This document shows positions 34,397 to 43,712 of a stretch of 64,000 nt of DNA, piece after piece. The DNA comes from Candidatus Sumerlaeia bacterium (GTDB lineage: Bacteria > Sumerlaeota > Sumerlaeia > JADFCW01). The stretch's first letter is position 1. Every line of letters starts with the position of its first letter. The translations under genes were made by a program, and so were the position numbers. The stretch spans positions 1,059-65,058 of the forward strand of contig JAOAGV010000009.1 of NCBI GenBank assembly GCA_026415575.1, written 5' to 3'. The notes beneath the pieces are model-generated. The model searched no databases and was not told where the DNA came from. It worked only from the letters and a program-made list of their open reading frames with translations.

Positions 34397-37300
34397 ATGA
34401 GAGAGAGTAAGAAGAAGCGGCGTTGGGAAGCGCTGCGGATTGGTGTTTTTCTTTTCGCCCCGCTTCTGTGCTGTCCATTGTTGCCCGCCGTAGTGATCAC
34501 AGAAGTCCACTACCATCCGCAAACGCAGGAATCGCTTTACGAGTTTGTCGAAATCTACAACGAGACGGTGGCGCGGCAAGACCTTCGCGGCTGGCGTTTC
34601 ACGGACGGCATTGACTTCGCCTTCACCAGCGGCACGGTTCTGCAGCCGAAAAGTTATCTGGTGATTGCACGCAATCCCGCCGCCCTCATTGCCCGTTACG
34701 GCATCAGCAACGTAGTGGGGCCGTTTTCCGGCGCGCTCAACAACAACTCCGATCACATCATCCTGCGCGATCCATCGGGCGGCATTCAGGCTGAAGTGGA
34801 CTACAGCGACGATGGCAAGTGGCCTGTCGCGGCCGATGGCGCAGGCCACACCCTGTCGAGGATCAACCCGCGCACCGACCCCATGGACCCCGACAGTTGG
34901 GCCGCGTCGCTTCTGCCGGGCGGCACGCCGGGTCTGCCCAACGGATTTGATCCCATCACGCAGGATACCATCCTGATTGCTCCGGGGGAGGTATGGCGCT
35001 ACTTCAAAGGCATCACGGAAGCCTCCTCCCCCATAAGCGCTTGGCGGCAAATCGGATTCAACGATTCCGGCTGGCTCAGCGGGCCGACGGGCATCGGGTA
35101 TGGCGACGGCGATGACGCGACGGTTCTGACGGACATGCAGAACAACTATCTGTGCATCTTCTGCCGAAAGACATTTACTCTGGCCACGCCGGCGGATGTT
35201 AACCAGCTGATCCTCGAGGTGGATCACGACGATGGGTTTGTGGCCTATCTGAACGGCACCGAAGTCGGGCGCGGGGCGATGTCCACAACCGGCCCGGTGT
35301 ATTACAACACACCGGCGGTCAATCATGCGGCGTCGGTGGAGGGCGGCGCGATTACGGTGCTCGACATTAGCGGCTACAAATCACTTTTGCAGGCGGGCAC
35401 GAATGTGCTGGCCGTTCAGGTGCACAACAACCAGCTGAACAGCAGCGACTTGAGTTTCATTCCGCGGCTGCGAAGCCGGCAGACCCTTTCGCCGGCGGCG
35501 GCGCGATGTCCGGTCGTTCTCAACGAAGTTCGGTTTAATACTTCGGGCACTCAGTATATCGAGTTGTATAATCCGTCGGCCGTTCCGGCGAACATCGGCG
35601 GCTACTACCTCAGCAATGACCCCGATAATCTGCGCTTGTATCAAATCCCCGCCGGCACGATTCTTCCCGCCCGCGGCTACCTTGCGTTCACCGGCGCGCA
35701 ACTGGGTTTTGTTATGAATGCGGCGGCAGATCGCATTCTGTTCACCTCGGCTACGGCTGACGTAGTGCTCGATGCGCGCGCAGTTGAGGCCGGCCCGCGC
35801 GACTGGACGGAGGGACGCTGGCCTGACGGCGCCGGCGAGTGGTATTACATGCAACCGACCACCGGCACCGCCAACACGGCTGTGTTGACCACCTCCGTGG
35901 TGATCAACGAAATTATGTACCATCCGCCGAGCAACGATGTGCGGGATGAATACATTGAATTGTATAACACCGCTGCCACAACGGCAAGTCTGGCCGGCTG
36001 GCGCTTTACGCGCGGCATCAGCTATGACTTCCCCTCGACCGCCGCCATCGGGCCCGGGCGCTATCTGGTCATCGCCAAAGACCGCGCCCGCCTGATGTCC
36101 CGCTATTCCCTCCCACCCAACCTTGTGCTGGGTGACTATGGGGGAAATCTCAGCGACGCGGGCGAGAAGATTCGCCTCCGAGACGCCAACGGCAACACCG
36201 CCGATGAGGTGACGTATTTCGAGAGCGGACACTGGTCGGAGTATGCTGACGGCTATGGCTCCAGTCTTGAGCTGATAGACCCGCGTCAGAACAACGCCAA
36301 TTATCAGGCATGGGCACCGAGCGACGAACGCAGCAAGGCCCAATGGGTGTTCTGCTCCCATTCGGGATCGTTCAGTCCGCCGGCTAACCTCGAATTGCAG
36401 GAGATTCAATTCAACCTGATGGAAAAGGGCGTTGTGCTTCTGGACGATGTTCGCATTTCGCGCGGGAGCACCGACTATCTGAATTCCACGTTTGAAACCG
36501 GCGTCGGCAAGTGGGTAATCCAAGGCAACCACATTCAGAGTCATGTAACAAACGAGGACGCGCGCAACGGCAGCCGGTGCCTGAAACTTGTGGCGACCGG
36601 CCGCGGCGACACCGGCACCAATCGCGTCGAGTGCGACGCGGATACGACCATGCCCGCCGGCTCGGCCACCTACACCATTTCGTTCTGGGCCAAATGGCAA
36701 TGGGGCAACCGCGTTCTCTCGACCCGAATTCTGGGCAACACGGGCAATGATCTTCCGGAGACTTACATGTTGCCGATTCCGGCGCTGACCGGCACGCCGG
36801 GGGCGCAGAACTCCGTGTATCAGGTCAACCTTGGGCCGGTGTTCGCAAGCGTGCGGCATTCGCCGGTTGTTCCGCGCCCGACCGATTCCGTGCTGATCAC
36901 CGCGCGGGCTTCCGATGCCGACGGAGTCGCTGGCGTGCTGCTTTACTACAAAGCGGACGCCGACACGCGTTACACGACGACAACCATGTATGACGACGGG
37001 TTGCACAACGACGGTGCGGCCGGCGACGGACTTTACGGTGGAACGATTCCCGCACGCGCAGCCAACCAGACGGTGGCTTTTTATCTTCAAGGCACCGACG
37101 GCACCGGCGCAGTCCTAACCTGGCCAACGGACAAAACGCGTCCTGCGCTCTACCGTGTGGTCAATGCGCCCTTGTCCTCGACCTTTCCGACCTATCGGGT
37201 GATCATGACATCCGCCGATGAGAACGAGATGTATAACCTCCGGCCGAAGATGAGCAACGAGGAGTTGAACTGCACGTTTATCTTCGATGAAAAAGACGTC

Positions 37301-39100
37301 TATTACAACTGCGGTGTGCGATTCATCGGCAGTCCGTTTCACCGCGCCGGCGGCGGCTACACCGGGCTGCGCGTGGCGTTCAATGCCGATGAGCTGCTTC
37401 ACGGCACACTGAATCAAGCGCGCGTGGACAACAACGGCGGCCAGTCGGCCATTCATGATCGCATCTCCTACAATCTCCAGCGATGGATGGGCCTGCCGTG
37501 GTGCCCGCAGGAATGGGTCTATGTGGTGTGCAACGGCCGCGAGAATCGCATGCTGGAACACACCCTCCCGCCCAGTGGCGGCTATCTGGACCGCTACTAT
37601 CGCGGCGATGAGGACGGGTATTTGTTCGAGATGGACGACCGGTTTTATTTCGTGGACGATGACGATTGGACCTTCAGCACCGCCGGCCGGCGCAACGTCG
37701 AGTGTGTCTTTGACTTCCCCACCACCGACAAGGATTTTCACCGCCACTTCTATGAAGTCCGCAATCACGACAACGAGGACGATTACACTTCGATTGTCCT
37801 CATGCTCGATGTGTTTCATCCTCCGGGCTCCCAGAATCCGGATGAGATTGCCCAAGTGGTCAATGTGGAGCAGTGGTTCAAGCTGTTTGCGGTGCGCGCC
37901 TGTATGTCCGACTGGGATTTCATCGCGTTTGAGCGCGGAAAGAACTGCTATCTCTACTGGCCGAGCCGGCGCGGCAAATGGGACCTGCTCGGCTGGGACA
38001 GCGAGATTACCTTCCAGTCGAACCGTACCGCCATGTCCATCTGGTCGCAGGCCGCGCCGGTTTTGGCGTTTCAACAACTGCCGCGCCATCAGCATCTATA
38101 TTATGGGTATATCGTAGAGGTGTTGGACAAATACTTCAACCGTGCCACACTTGACCCGTGGATAGACCATTACGCGGCCGTTACCGGCGCCACCAGCGCG
38201 CTCGCCGACAAAACGTTTATCACCACGCGAACCGCCTATCTGCGCAGCATTATTCCCACGGCCCCGTGCGAGATCACCACCAACGGCGGCAATCCCTTCA
38301 TCACGCCCAACCCCACGGTGTTGTTGGCCGGCACGGCACCCGTGCAGGTGCGGCTGGCGCGGATCAGCGGCCTCGAATACCCGCTCGATTGGACCGGCGC
38401 CACGACATGGCGGATCACGCTGCCGCTGGTTCCCGGCGCCAATCTCTTCGAGTTCGAGTTTCTCGACTACGACCGCCGCGTGGTCGGAACCGACTCGATC
38501 ATTGTAACGATGGGGGCGGCTCTGTCGGGCAGCATTTCCATCAACAACGGCGCCACGTATTCCACCTCTCCGGCGGTCCTCCTCTACCTGACGGCCAGCG
38601 GACCGTTGCCGATTACGGAAATGCGCTTCAGCAACGACAACATCGTCTGGAGCGCATGGCAACCGTATGCCACACCGGCCAGCTGGACCTTGAGCGATGG
38701 CGAATGGCTGAAGACGGTCTTCTTTCAATTCCGCGACGGCGTCGGCAACGTATCCCTCACCTACTCGGATTCCATCATTCTGGATACAACGCGGCCGACC
38801 GGCAGCATTGTAATCAACAACGGCCTGCCCTTCTGCACTATTCCCAGCGTAGTGCTCACATTAAATTGCTGGGATACCGGCACCGGCGTAACGTATATGC
38901 GGTTGCGTAACGATGGCGAACCCTGGCAGGCGTGGGAATACTATACGGACCGGCGGTCGTGGCGGCTGCGGGACATCGGCGGCACGCGCACCGTGTATGT
39001 CCAATACCGCGACCTTGCGGGAAACCTCTCGGACGAATACAGCGACACCATTTTGTTGCAGCCCTCGGCGGTTGCGCGTCGGTGGGACATCTACCGCTGA
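34397..39100 (+). CDS. Secreted multidomain protein with three lamin-tail domains (LTD), CBM-like modules, a CotH kinase-like domain and two C-terminal Ig-like repeats
   Basis: Track ORF 34388..39100. Signal-like RWEALRIGVFLFAPLLCCPLLPA. LTD signatures: VVITEVHYHPQ...EFVEIYNETVARQDLRGWRF; VVLNEVRFNTSGTQYIELYNPS; VVINEIMYHPPSNDVRDEYIELYNTAATTASLAGWRF. The CotH-like region is YRVIMTSADENEMYNLRPKMSNEELNCTFIFDEKDVYYNCGVRFIGSPFHR...CYLYWPSRRGKWDLLGWDSE. A tandem module of about 91 aa occurs at 38528-38800 and 38801-39073. Confidence 0.8.
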   Translation: MRESKKKRRWEALRIGVFLFAPLLCCPLLPAVVITEVHYHPQTQESLYEFVEIYNETVARQDLRGWRFTDGIDFAFTSGTVLQPKSYLVIARNPAALIARYGISNVVGPFSGALNNNSDHIILRDPSGGIQAEVDYSDDGKWPVAADGAGHTLSRINPRTDPMDPDSWAASLLPGGTPGLPNGFDPITQDTILIAPGEVWRYFKGITEASSPISAWRQIGFNDSGWLSGPTGIGYGDGDDATVLTDMQNNYLCIFCRKTFTLATPADVNQLILEVDHDDGFVAYLNGTEVGRGAMSTTGPVYYNTPAVNHAASVEGGAITVLDISGYKSLLQAGTNVLAVQVHNNQLNSSDLSFIPRLRSRQTLSPAAARCPVVLNEVRFNTSGTQYIELYNPSAVPANIGGYYLSNDPDNLRLYQIPAGTILPARGYLAFTGAQLGFVMNAAADRILFTSATADVVLDARAVEAGPRDWTEGRWPDGAGEWYYMQPTTGTANTAVLTTSVVINEIMYHPPSNDVRDEYIELYNTAATTASLAGWRFTRGISYDFPSTAAIGPGRYLVIAKDRARLMSRYSLPPNLVLGDYGGNLSDAGEKIRLRDANGNTADEVTYFESGHWSEYADGYGSSLELIDPRQNNANYQAWAPSDERSKAQWVFCSHSGSFSPPANLELQEIQFNLMEKGVVLLDDVRISRGSTDYLNSTFETGVGKWVIQGNHIQSHVTNEDARNGSRCLKLVATGRGDTGTNRVECDADTTMPAGSATYTISFWAKWQWGNRVLSTRILGNTGNDLPETYMLPIPALTGTPGAQNSVYQVNLGPVFASVRHSPVVPRPTDSVLITARASDADGVAGVLLYYKADADTRYTTTTMYDDGLHNDGAAGDGLYGGTIPARAANQTVAFYLQGTDGTGAVLTWPTDKTRPALYRVVNAPLSSTFPTYRVIMTSADENEMYNLRPKMSNEELNCTFIFDEKDVYYNCGVRFIGSPFHRAGGGYTGLRVAFNADELLHGTLNQARVDNNGGQSAIHDRISYNLQRWMGLPWCPQEWVYVVCNGRENRMLEHTLPPSGGYLDRYYRGDEDGYLFEMDDRFYFVDDDDWTFSTAGRRNVECVFDFPTTDKDFHRHFYEVRNHDNEDDYTSIVLMLDVFHPPGSQNPDEIAQVVNVEQWFKLFAVRACMSDWDFIAFERGKNCYLYWPSRRGKWDLLGWDSEITFQSNRTAMSIWSQAAPVLAFQQLPRHQHLYYGYIVEVLDKYFNRATLDPWIDHYAAVTGATSALADKTFITTRTAYLRSIIPTAPCEITTNGGNPFITPNPTVLLAGTAPVQVRLARISGLEYPLDWTGATTWRITLPLVPGANLFEFEFLDYDRRVVGTDSIIVTMGAALSGSISINNGATYSTSPAVLLYLTASGPLPITEMRFSNDNIVWSAWQPYATPASWTLSDGEWLKTVFFQFRDGVGNVSLTYSDSIILDTTRPTGSIVINNGLPFCTIPSVVLTLNCWDTGTGVTYMRLRNDGEPWQAWEYYTDRRSWRLRDIGGTRTVYVQYRDLAGNLSDEYSDTILLQPSAVARRWDIYR

Positions 39101-39160
39101 CGGGACGCCGCACCGCAAGATATTCGCTGCGCGGGCTGTTTCATTTTTCTACCCAAGGCG

Positions 39161-40633
39161 ATGACCATGACTTATGCACACAATTCGGAAGGCGCGGCCG
39201 CCATTCTGGTAATCTTCGGCGCCTCGGGCGACTTGACGCGGCGGAAACTGCTCCCGGCACTCTACAACCTCGAACGCGACGGCCTGCTCGGACACAGCCT
39301 TCGGATTGTGGGATTTGCCCGCAGTCCGCAAACCGACGGCGAGTTTCGTCAGCAGATGCGCCGCGCCGTGGAGTCCGCCGTCCCGCCCGACGCCTTTTCG
39401 GAGGCTGTCTGGAGCCGTCTGGCCGCCCGCTTGTTCTATTTCACCGGCGACTATGAAAACCCCGCGGCGCTCGATGCGCTGCGCAACTATATCCTGAACC
39501 TTGGCGATGTGGCCGGCGCACACCGCTGCCTGCTCTATCTGGCCCTGCCGCCCCGTGTGGTCGAAAGTGTGCTGCTCAGCATGCGCGAGTGTACCTTCTT
39601 TCCCGCGCGTCAAACCGCCGGCCACTCGGCCATCATGATTGAAAAACCGTTCGGCAGCGATTTCGCCCACGCCGCCCGCCTCAACCGCCTCCTGCTTGAA
39701 ATGTTCGATGAAAGCCAAATCCATCGCATAGACCACTATCTGGCCAAGGACACCATCCGCAATTTGCTGGTTTTCCGTTTCATCAACGCCATCTTCGAGC
39801 CGCTCTGGAACCGCCACCACATTGACAACGTGCAGATCACCGCGGCCGAAAGCCTCGGCATCGAGGGCCGCGGCGCCTACTACGAGCAAGCCGGCATTGT
39901 GCGCGACATGATTCAGAACCATGCCCTTCAGGTGCTGGCGCTGATCGCCATGGAGCCGCCCGTGGCCGGCGATGTCGAAAGCCTGCGCGACAAACGACTC
40001 GACGTGTTCAAGTCGCTTGCCCCCGTGACCGCCGACGACTTTGTCTTCGGACAGTATCGCGGCTATCGCGAGGAGCGAAACGTCCATCCGCGCTCGGGCA
40101 CGCCGACCTATGCCGCTCTGCGCCTGTGGATCAACAACTGGCGCTGGATGGGCGTTCCGTTTTACATCCGCTCCGGCAAGCGCCTGCCCGAAAAGCGCAC
40201 GGACGTCGTCGTCCAGTTCCAGCGGATTCCGCTGTGTGTTCTCGAAGAAAATGTCTGTCGCCAGCCAACCCAGCCCAATACGCTGGTCATCCGCATCCAA
40301 CCGGATGAGGGATTTCGGCTCTGCTTCGCCACTCTTCTGCCGGGACGCGAGGACATTCTCGGCATGGCCGACATGGAATTTCGCTATGCCTCGCTGCACC
40401 GGCAGCAGTCGGAAGCCTATGAACGCGTGATTCTCGATGCGCTGGAAGGCAAACCGGCGCTTTTCTGGCGCGCCGACAGCGTCGAGGCGGCGTGGCGCGC
40501 CGTCGCCCCGTTGATTGAAACGCGCCCCGAAGACCTCGCCGACCGCTTCCCCAACTACGATCCCGGAACATGGGGCCCGCCTGAAGCCGACGCTTTGATC
40601 CGGCGCGACGGACGGCGGTGGTTCAACGGCTGA
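39161..40633 (+). CDS. zwf: Glucose-6-phosphate 1-dehydrogenase
   Basis: [22 protein letters not shown] (NADP fold) and the active-site motif [10 protein letters not shown]. 490 aa. Confidence 0.93.
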   Translation: MTMTYAHNSEGAAAILVIFGASGDLTRRKLLPALYNLERDGLLGHSLRIVGFARSPQTDGEFRQQMRRAVESAVPPDAFSEAVWSRLAARLFYFTGDYENPAALDALRNYILNLGDVAGAHRCLLYLALPPRVVESVLLSMRECTFFPARQTAGHSAIMIEKPFGSDFAHAARLNRLLLEMFDESQIHRIDHYLAKDTIRNLLVFRFINAIFEPLWNRHHIDNVQITAAESLGIEGRGAYYEQAGIVRDMIQNHALQVLALIAMEPPVAGDVESLRDKRLDVFKSLAPVTADDFVFGQYRGYREERNVHPRSGTPTYAALRLWINNWRWMGVPFYIRSGKRLPEKRTDVVVQFQRIPLCVLEENVCRQPTQPNTLVIRIQPDEGFRLCFATLLPGREDILGMADMEFRYASLHRQQSEAYERVILDALEGKPALFWRADSVEAAWRAVAPLIETRPEDLADRFPNYDPGTWGPPEADALIRRDGRRWFNG

Positions 40634-41798
40634 GGCCCCGCTCCTGCATCAGTTGCTGATAGACCCGCCACTGGCGGTCGAGGACAAGGCGGCGGTCGAA
40701 CTGGGCAACGGCGCGGCGCCGGCCGGCCTCGCCCATGCGGCGCGCGGCCTCGCGGTCGGTCAAGATGCGCAGCAGGCGGTCGGCCAACTGAGGCACGTCG
40801 CGGGGCGGCACAAGAAAGCCGGTTTCACCCTCAACCACTTCCTCGCGGCAGCCGCGAATCCGGGTGGCTACAACCGGAAGCCCCATCGCCATGGCTTCGA
40901 GAATCGAGCGCGGCATCCCTTCGCGGTAGGACGGCAGGACATAAACGTTGCACAGGCTCATGAGCGCCGGCACGTCGTCGCGAAATCCGGCGAAAATGAA
41001 ATGCGGGGCGATGCCGAGGGCATCGAGGCGCTCGCGGAACCGGCGCGTCGAGTCGTCGCGGTCACTCGGCAGCGCGCCGCCGATTTGCAGCACGCGCACG
41101 TCGGGCAGGTGCAACCGGATTTGCGCCACCGCCTCGGCCAGTTCAAACACCCCTTTTTCGCGCACAAGGCGGGCGATAATTCCGATGGTGGGCGTGTTTT
41201 CGGAAAGACCCATCTGTTGGCGCAACGCCGCGCGTTCAGATTCCGGGACCCGTTCGGGCGAAAACCGCCCGGTGTCAATCCCGTTGCCGATGGTGGCAAT
41301 GCACTCGGGCGAAGTGATGCGTTCGCGAACGGCCGTGATGCGGTCTTCGTCGCTCTGCGTAAAAATGAAATGTCCAAATCGGGCGGCGAAGCGTTCGAGG
41401 GCGATGTGCGCCTTGCGAACCGCCCACCGCATGTCGTCGTGGAAATAAAAGCCGTGCGCGGTGTACAGGCGAATGGGAACCTGCGCCCCCGCCGCCGCCA
41501 GCCGTCCCAGCACGCCCACAATCGGCGTGTGAACGTGCACGATGTCGAACGGATGCTGCTTCAGATAGCGATAAAGAACAAACAAGGCGCGGGCGTTCGC
41601 CACAGGATTGGCCCCGCGCGTAAAGGGAAAATCTATCATGCGAAAACGCCGTTGCAGCAGCCATTCCCAAAACTCCCCGCGCCGACAACCAACGTGAACC
41701 TCCAGACCCTTCGCCTCAAGGAACTCCACGAGGTCCGACAGAAAATTCTTCACCGTAAAATCCACAGCACACAACTGCAACACCCGGACTTTTCCCAT
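40623..41798 (-). CDS. Glycosyltransferase family 4 (GT-B)
   Basis: Track ORF 40623..41840, with the internal ATG 41798 giving [20 protein letters not shown]. The C-terminus is [34 protein letters not shown]. Its 3' end overlaps the zwf stop convergently by 11 nt. Confidence 0.8.
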   Translation of the reverse strand: MGKVRVLQLCAVDFTVKNFLSDLVEFLEAKGLEVHVGCRRGEFWEWLLQRRFRMIDFPFTRGANPVANARALFVLYRYLKQHPFDIVHVHTPIVGVLGRLAAAGAQVPIRLYTAHGFYFHDDMRWAVRKAHIALERFAARFGHFIFTQSDEDRITAVRERITSPECIATIGNGIDTGRFSPERVPESERAALRQQMGLSENTPTIGIIARLVREKGVFELAEAVAQIRLHLPDVRVLQIGGALPSDRDDSTRRFRERLDALGIAPHFIFAGFRDDVPALMSLCNVYVLPSYREGMPRSILEAMAMGLPVVATRIRGCREEVVEGETGFLVPPRDVPQLADRLLRILTDREAARRMGEAGRRRAVAQFDRRLVLDRQWRVYQQLMQERGLSR

Positions 41799-41854
41799 GC
41801 ACCTTGACTCCCGACAACGTCCTCCATTCAAACCATTCAAAACACTTCATGCGG

Positions 41855-41932
41855 GTAGTTCAAACTTCAGTTTGCCATTTGTAGTTCACGCTTCCACGTG
41901 CCGTTCGCAGTCCAAACATTCGTTTGCCTGCT
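41855..41932. repeat. Three tandem units of the 26-nt repeat family (reverse orientation)
   Basis: GTAGTTCAAACTTCAGTTTGCCATTT / GTAGTTCACGCTTCCACGTGCCGTTC / GCAGTCCAAACATTCGTTTGCCTGCT. The reverse complements resemble units of the array at 63261-63467. Confidence 0.6.
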
Positions 41933-41996
41933 CTGCAAAACCCGTTCGCGCGCGCACGCGCGCTGAAACAACCCCCTTTTTCCCCATGCGGTGGCA

Positions 41997-43712
41997 TCAG
42001 TGTCTCAAGAGCCTCAAAAACTCCTCCACCGGCGCGGCGTTTGCCACCCCCGACGCCTCATACCACCCCTTGCGCGCAGTGCCCACGCCGAAGCGAACAT
42101 GGTCGAGCCCCTCTTCGTCATGGGCGTCGGGATTGACGCTGACAAGTACGCCCTTGTGGCGCGCCTTGATGCAATAGCGCCAGTCAAGGTCGAGCCGGTA
42201 GGGGTGGGCGTTGATTTCGAGAATCTTGCCGTGCCGGGCCGCCGCCTCAATGACCGCATCGAGGTCCACGTCGTAACCCTCGCGCGACAGAAGCAGCCGG
42301 CCGGCCGGATGGCCGATCATGTGCACGCGCGGATGTTCAACCGCGCGAAGCAGCCGGCGCGTCTGCTCGGCGCGCGGCAGGTTGAAGCGCGTGTGAATCG
42401 AGGCGATCACAACCTCGAACGACGCAAGCACCTTGTCGTCGAAATCCAGCGACCCGTCGGCAAGGATATCCACTTCGGTGCCTTTGAGAATTCGGATGCC
42501 GAGACCTTTCTTGTTCAACGCGTCAATTTCCTTGTGCTGCTCGGCGACGCGCTCCGGCGTGAGACCCTTGGCATAAGCGGCCGATTGGGTGTGGTCGCAA
42601 ATCACAACGTATTCGTAGCCGCGCGCCTTGGCCGCCAGAGCCATCCGCTCGATGGACAGTTTCCCGTCGCTCCATGTCGAGTGCGCATGCACGAGGCCGC
42701 GAATGTCTTTGGGCTCGACAAGGCGGGGCAGCCGGTTTTGTTCGGCGGCGGCAATCTCGCCCATGTCCTCGCGCAGTTCGGGTTCGATGTAGGCAAGGTC
42801 AAGCCGCCGGTAGATGGCCGCTTCGTCGGCGCAGGGCTCCGACGTTTCGCTCTCGCCCTTGAACAGCCCATATTCGTTGAGTTTGAGCCCCATCTTTTTG
42901 GCGCGGGCGCGCAGCGCCGTGTTGTGCTCCTTGCTGCCGGTGAAATAGTTGAGGGCAAACGGATACTCGGAATCGCTGACAATGCGCAAGTCCACCTGAA
43001 TACCCTGCTCCATTCGCACACTGCTCTTGGTCGGCCCGTGGGCCAGCACGTCGGCAATGCCGGGGGATTTCAGAAAATGCTGCATGACGTCTTCGGGGTC
43101 GGCGCTGGCGGCCAGCAGATCAATGTCGCCGATGGTTTCCTTGCAGCGGCGCAGACTGCCGCCGATTTCGGCGCGGACGACCTTCTTGTGCGCACGCAAT
43201 CTGTCGAGCAATTCGCTGCCGATGGCCCACGCGGTGTCGCAGAGGAAACGGCCGGCCTGTTTGTTGTGGAAAGCAATGGCCTTGAGGATTTTCTCCTGCG
43301 TCTTTTCGCCGAATCCGGGCAGGGCCACCAGCCGGTTTTCTTTGCAGGCATATTCCAGTTCGCCGATGCTTTTGATGCCGAGATGTTCCCAGACGGCTTT
43401 GGCTTTTTTGGGACCGAAACCGCTGAGCGAAAGCATCTCCAGCAAGCCTTCCGGCACCTGTTTGCGCAGTTCTTCATAGACCGTCGAACGGCCGGTTTGC
43501 ACCATTTCGGCAATCTTGGCGGCAAGGCTTTCGCCGATGCCCTTCAGTTGGGTCAGACGGCCCGAAGCGACCAGTTCTTCGAGGGGTTCTTCGACGGCGG
43601 CGATAATGCGCGCGGCATTGCGGTGGGCATTGCATTTGAACGAGTTCTCGCCGCGAATTTCCATCAGGTCGGCGATGGTTTCGAGCGTCTGCGCAATCTC
43701 GTTTTTGTTCAT
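41997..43712 (-). CDS. polX: DNA polymerase/3'-5' exonuclease PolX (Pol X domain plus PHP domain)
   Basis: N-terminal MNKNEIAQTLETIADLMEIRGENSFKCNAHRNAARII (helix-hairpin-helix Pol beta-like), GSLRRCKETIGDIDLL (nucleotidyltransferase) and a C-terminal PHP domain (VHAHSTWSDG...ICDHT...NAHPYRLD). Confidence 0.9.
   Translation of the reverse strand: MNKNEIAQTLETIADLMEIRGENSFKCNAHRNAARIIAAVEEPLEELVASGRLTQLKGIGESLAAKIAEMVQTGRSTVYEELRKQVPEGLLEMLSLSGFGPKKAKAVWEHLGIKSIGELEYACKENRLVALPGFGEKTQEKILKAIAFHNKQAGRFLCDTAWAIGSELLDRLRAHKKVVRAEIGGSLRRCKETIGDIDLLAASADPEDVMQHFLKSPGIADVLAHGPTKSSVRMEQGIQVDLRIVSDSEYPFALNYFTGSKEHNTALRARAKKMGLKLNEYGLFKGESETSEPCADEAAIYRRLDLAYIEPELREDMGEIAAAEQNRLPRLVEPKDIRGLVHAHSTWSDGKLSIERMALAAKARGYEYVVICDHTQSAAYAKGLTPERVAEQHKEIDALNKKGLGIRILKGTEVDILADGSLDFDDKVLASFEVVIASIHTRFNLPRAEQTRRLLRAVEHPRVHMIGHPAGRLLLSREGYDVDLDAVIEAAARHGKILEINAHPYRLDLDWRYCIKARHKGVLVSVNPDAHDEEGLDHVRFGVGTARKGWYEASGVANAAPVEEFLRLLRH

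Noticed and set aside
35381-37090. 569-aa minus-strand ORF (and 34289..35326, 37115..38095, 38096..38728)
   Set aside because: All are antisense to the LTD/CotH gene, which has clear domain signatures. Their composition is shadow-like.
39149-40399. 416-aa minus-strand ORF
   Set aside because: It is antisense to zwf.
40623-40633. 11-nt convergent overlap of the zwf and GT4 3' ends
   Set aside because: It is real in the sequence but commonplace in compact genomes, with no further signal.
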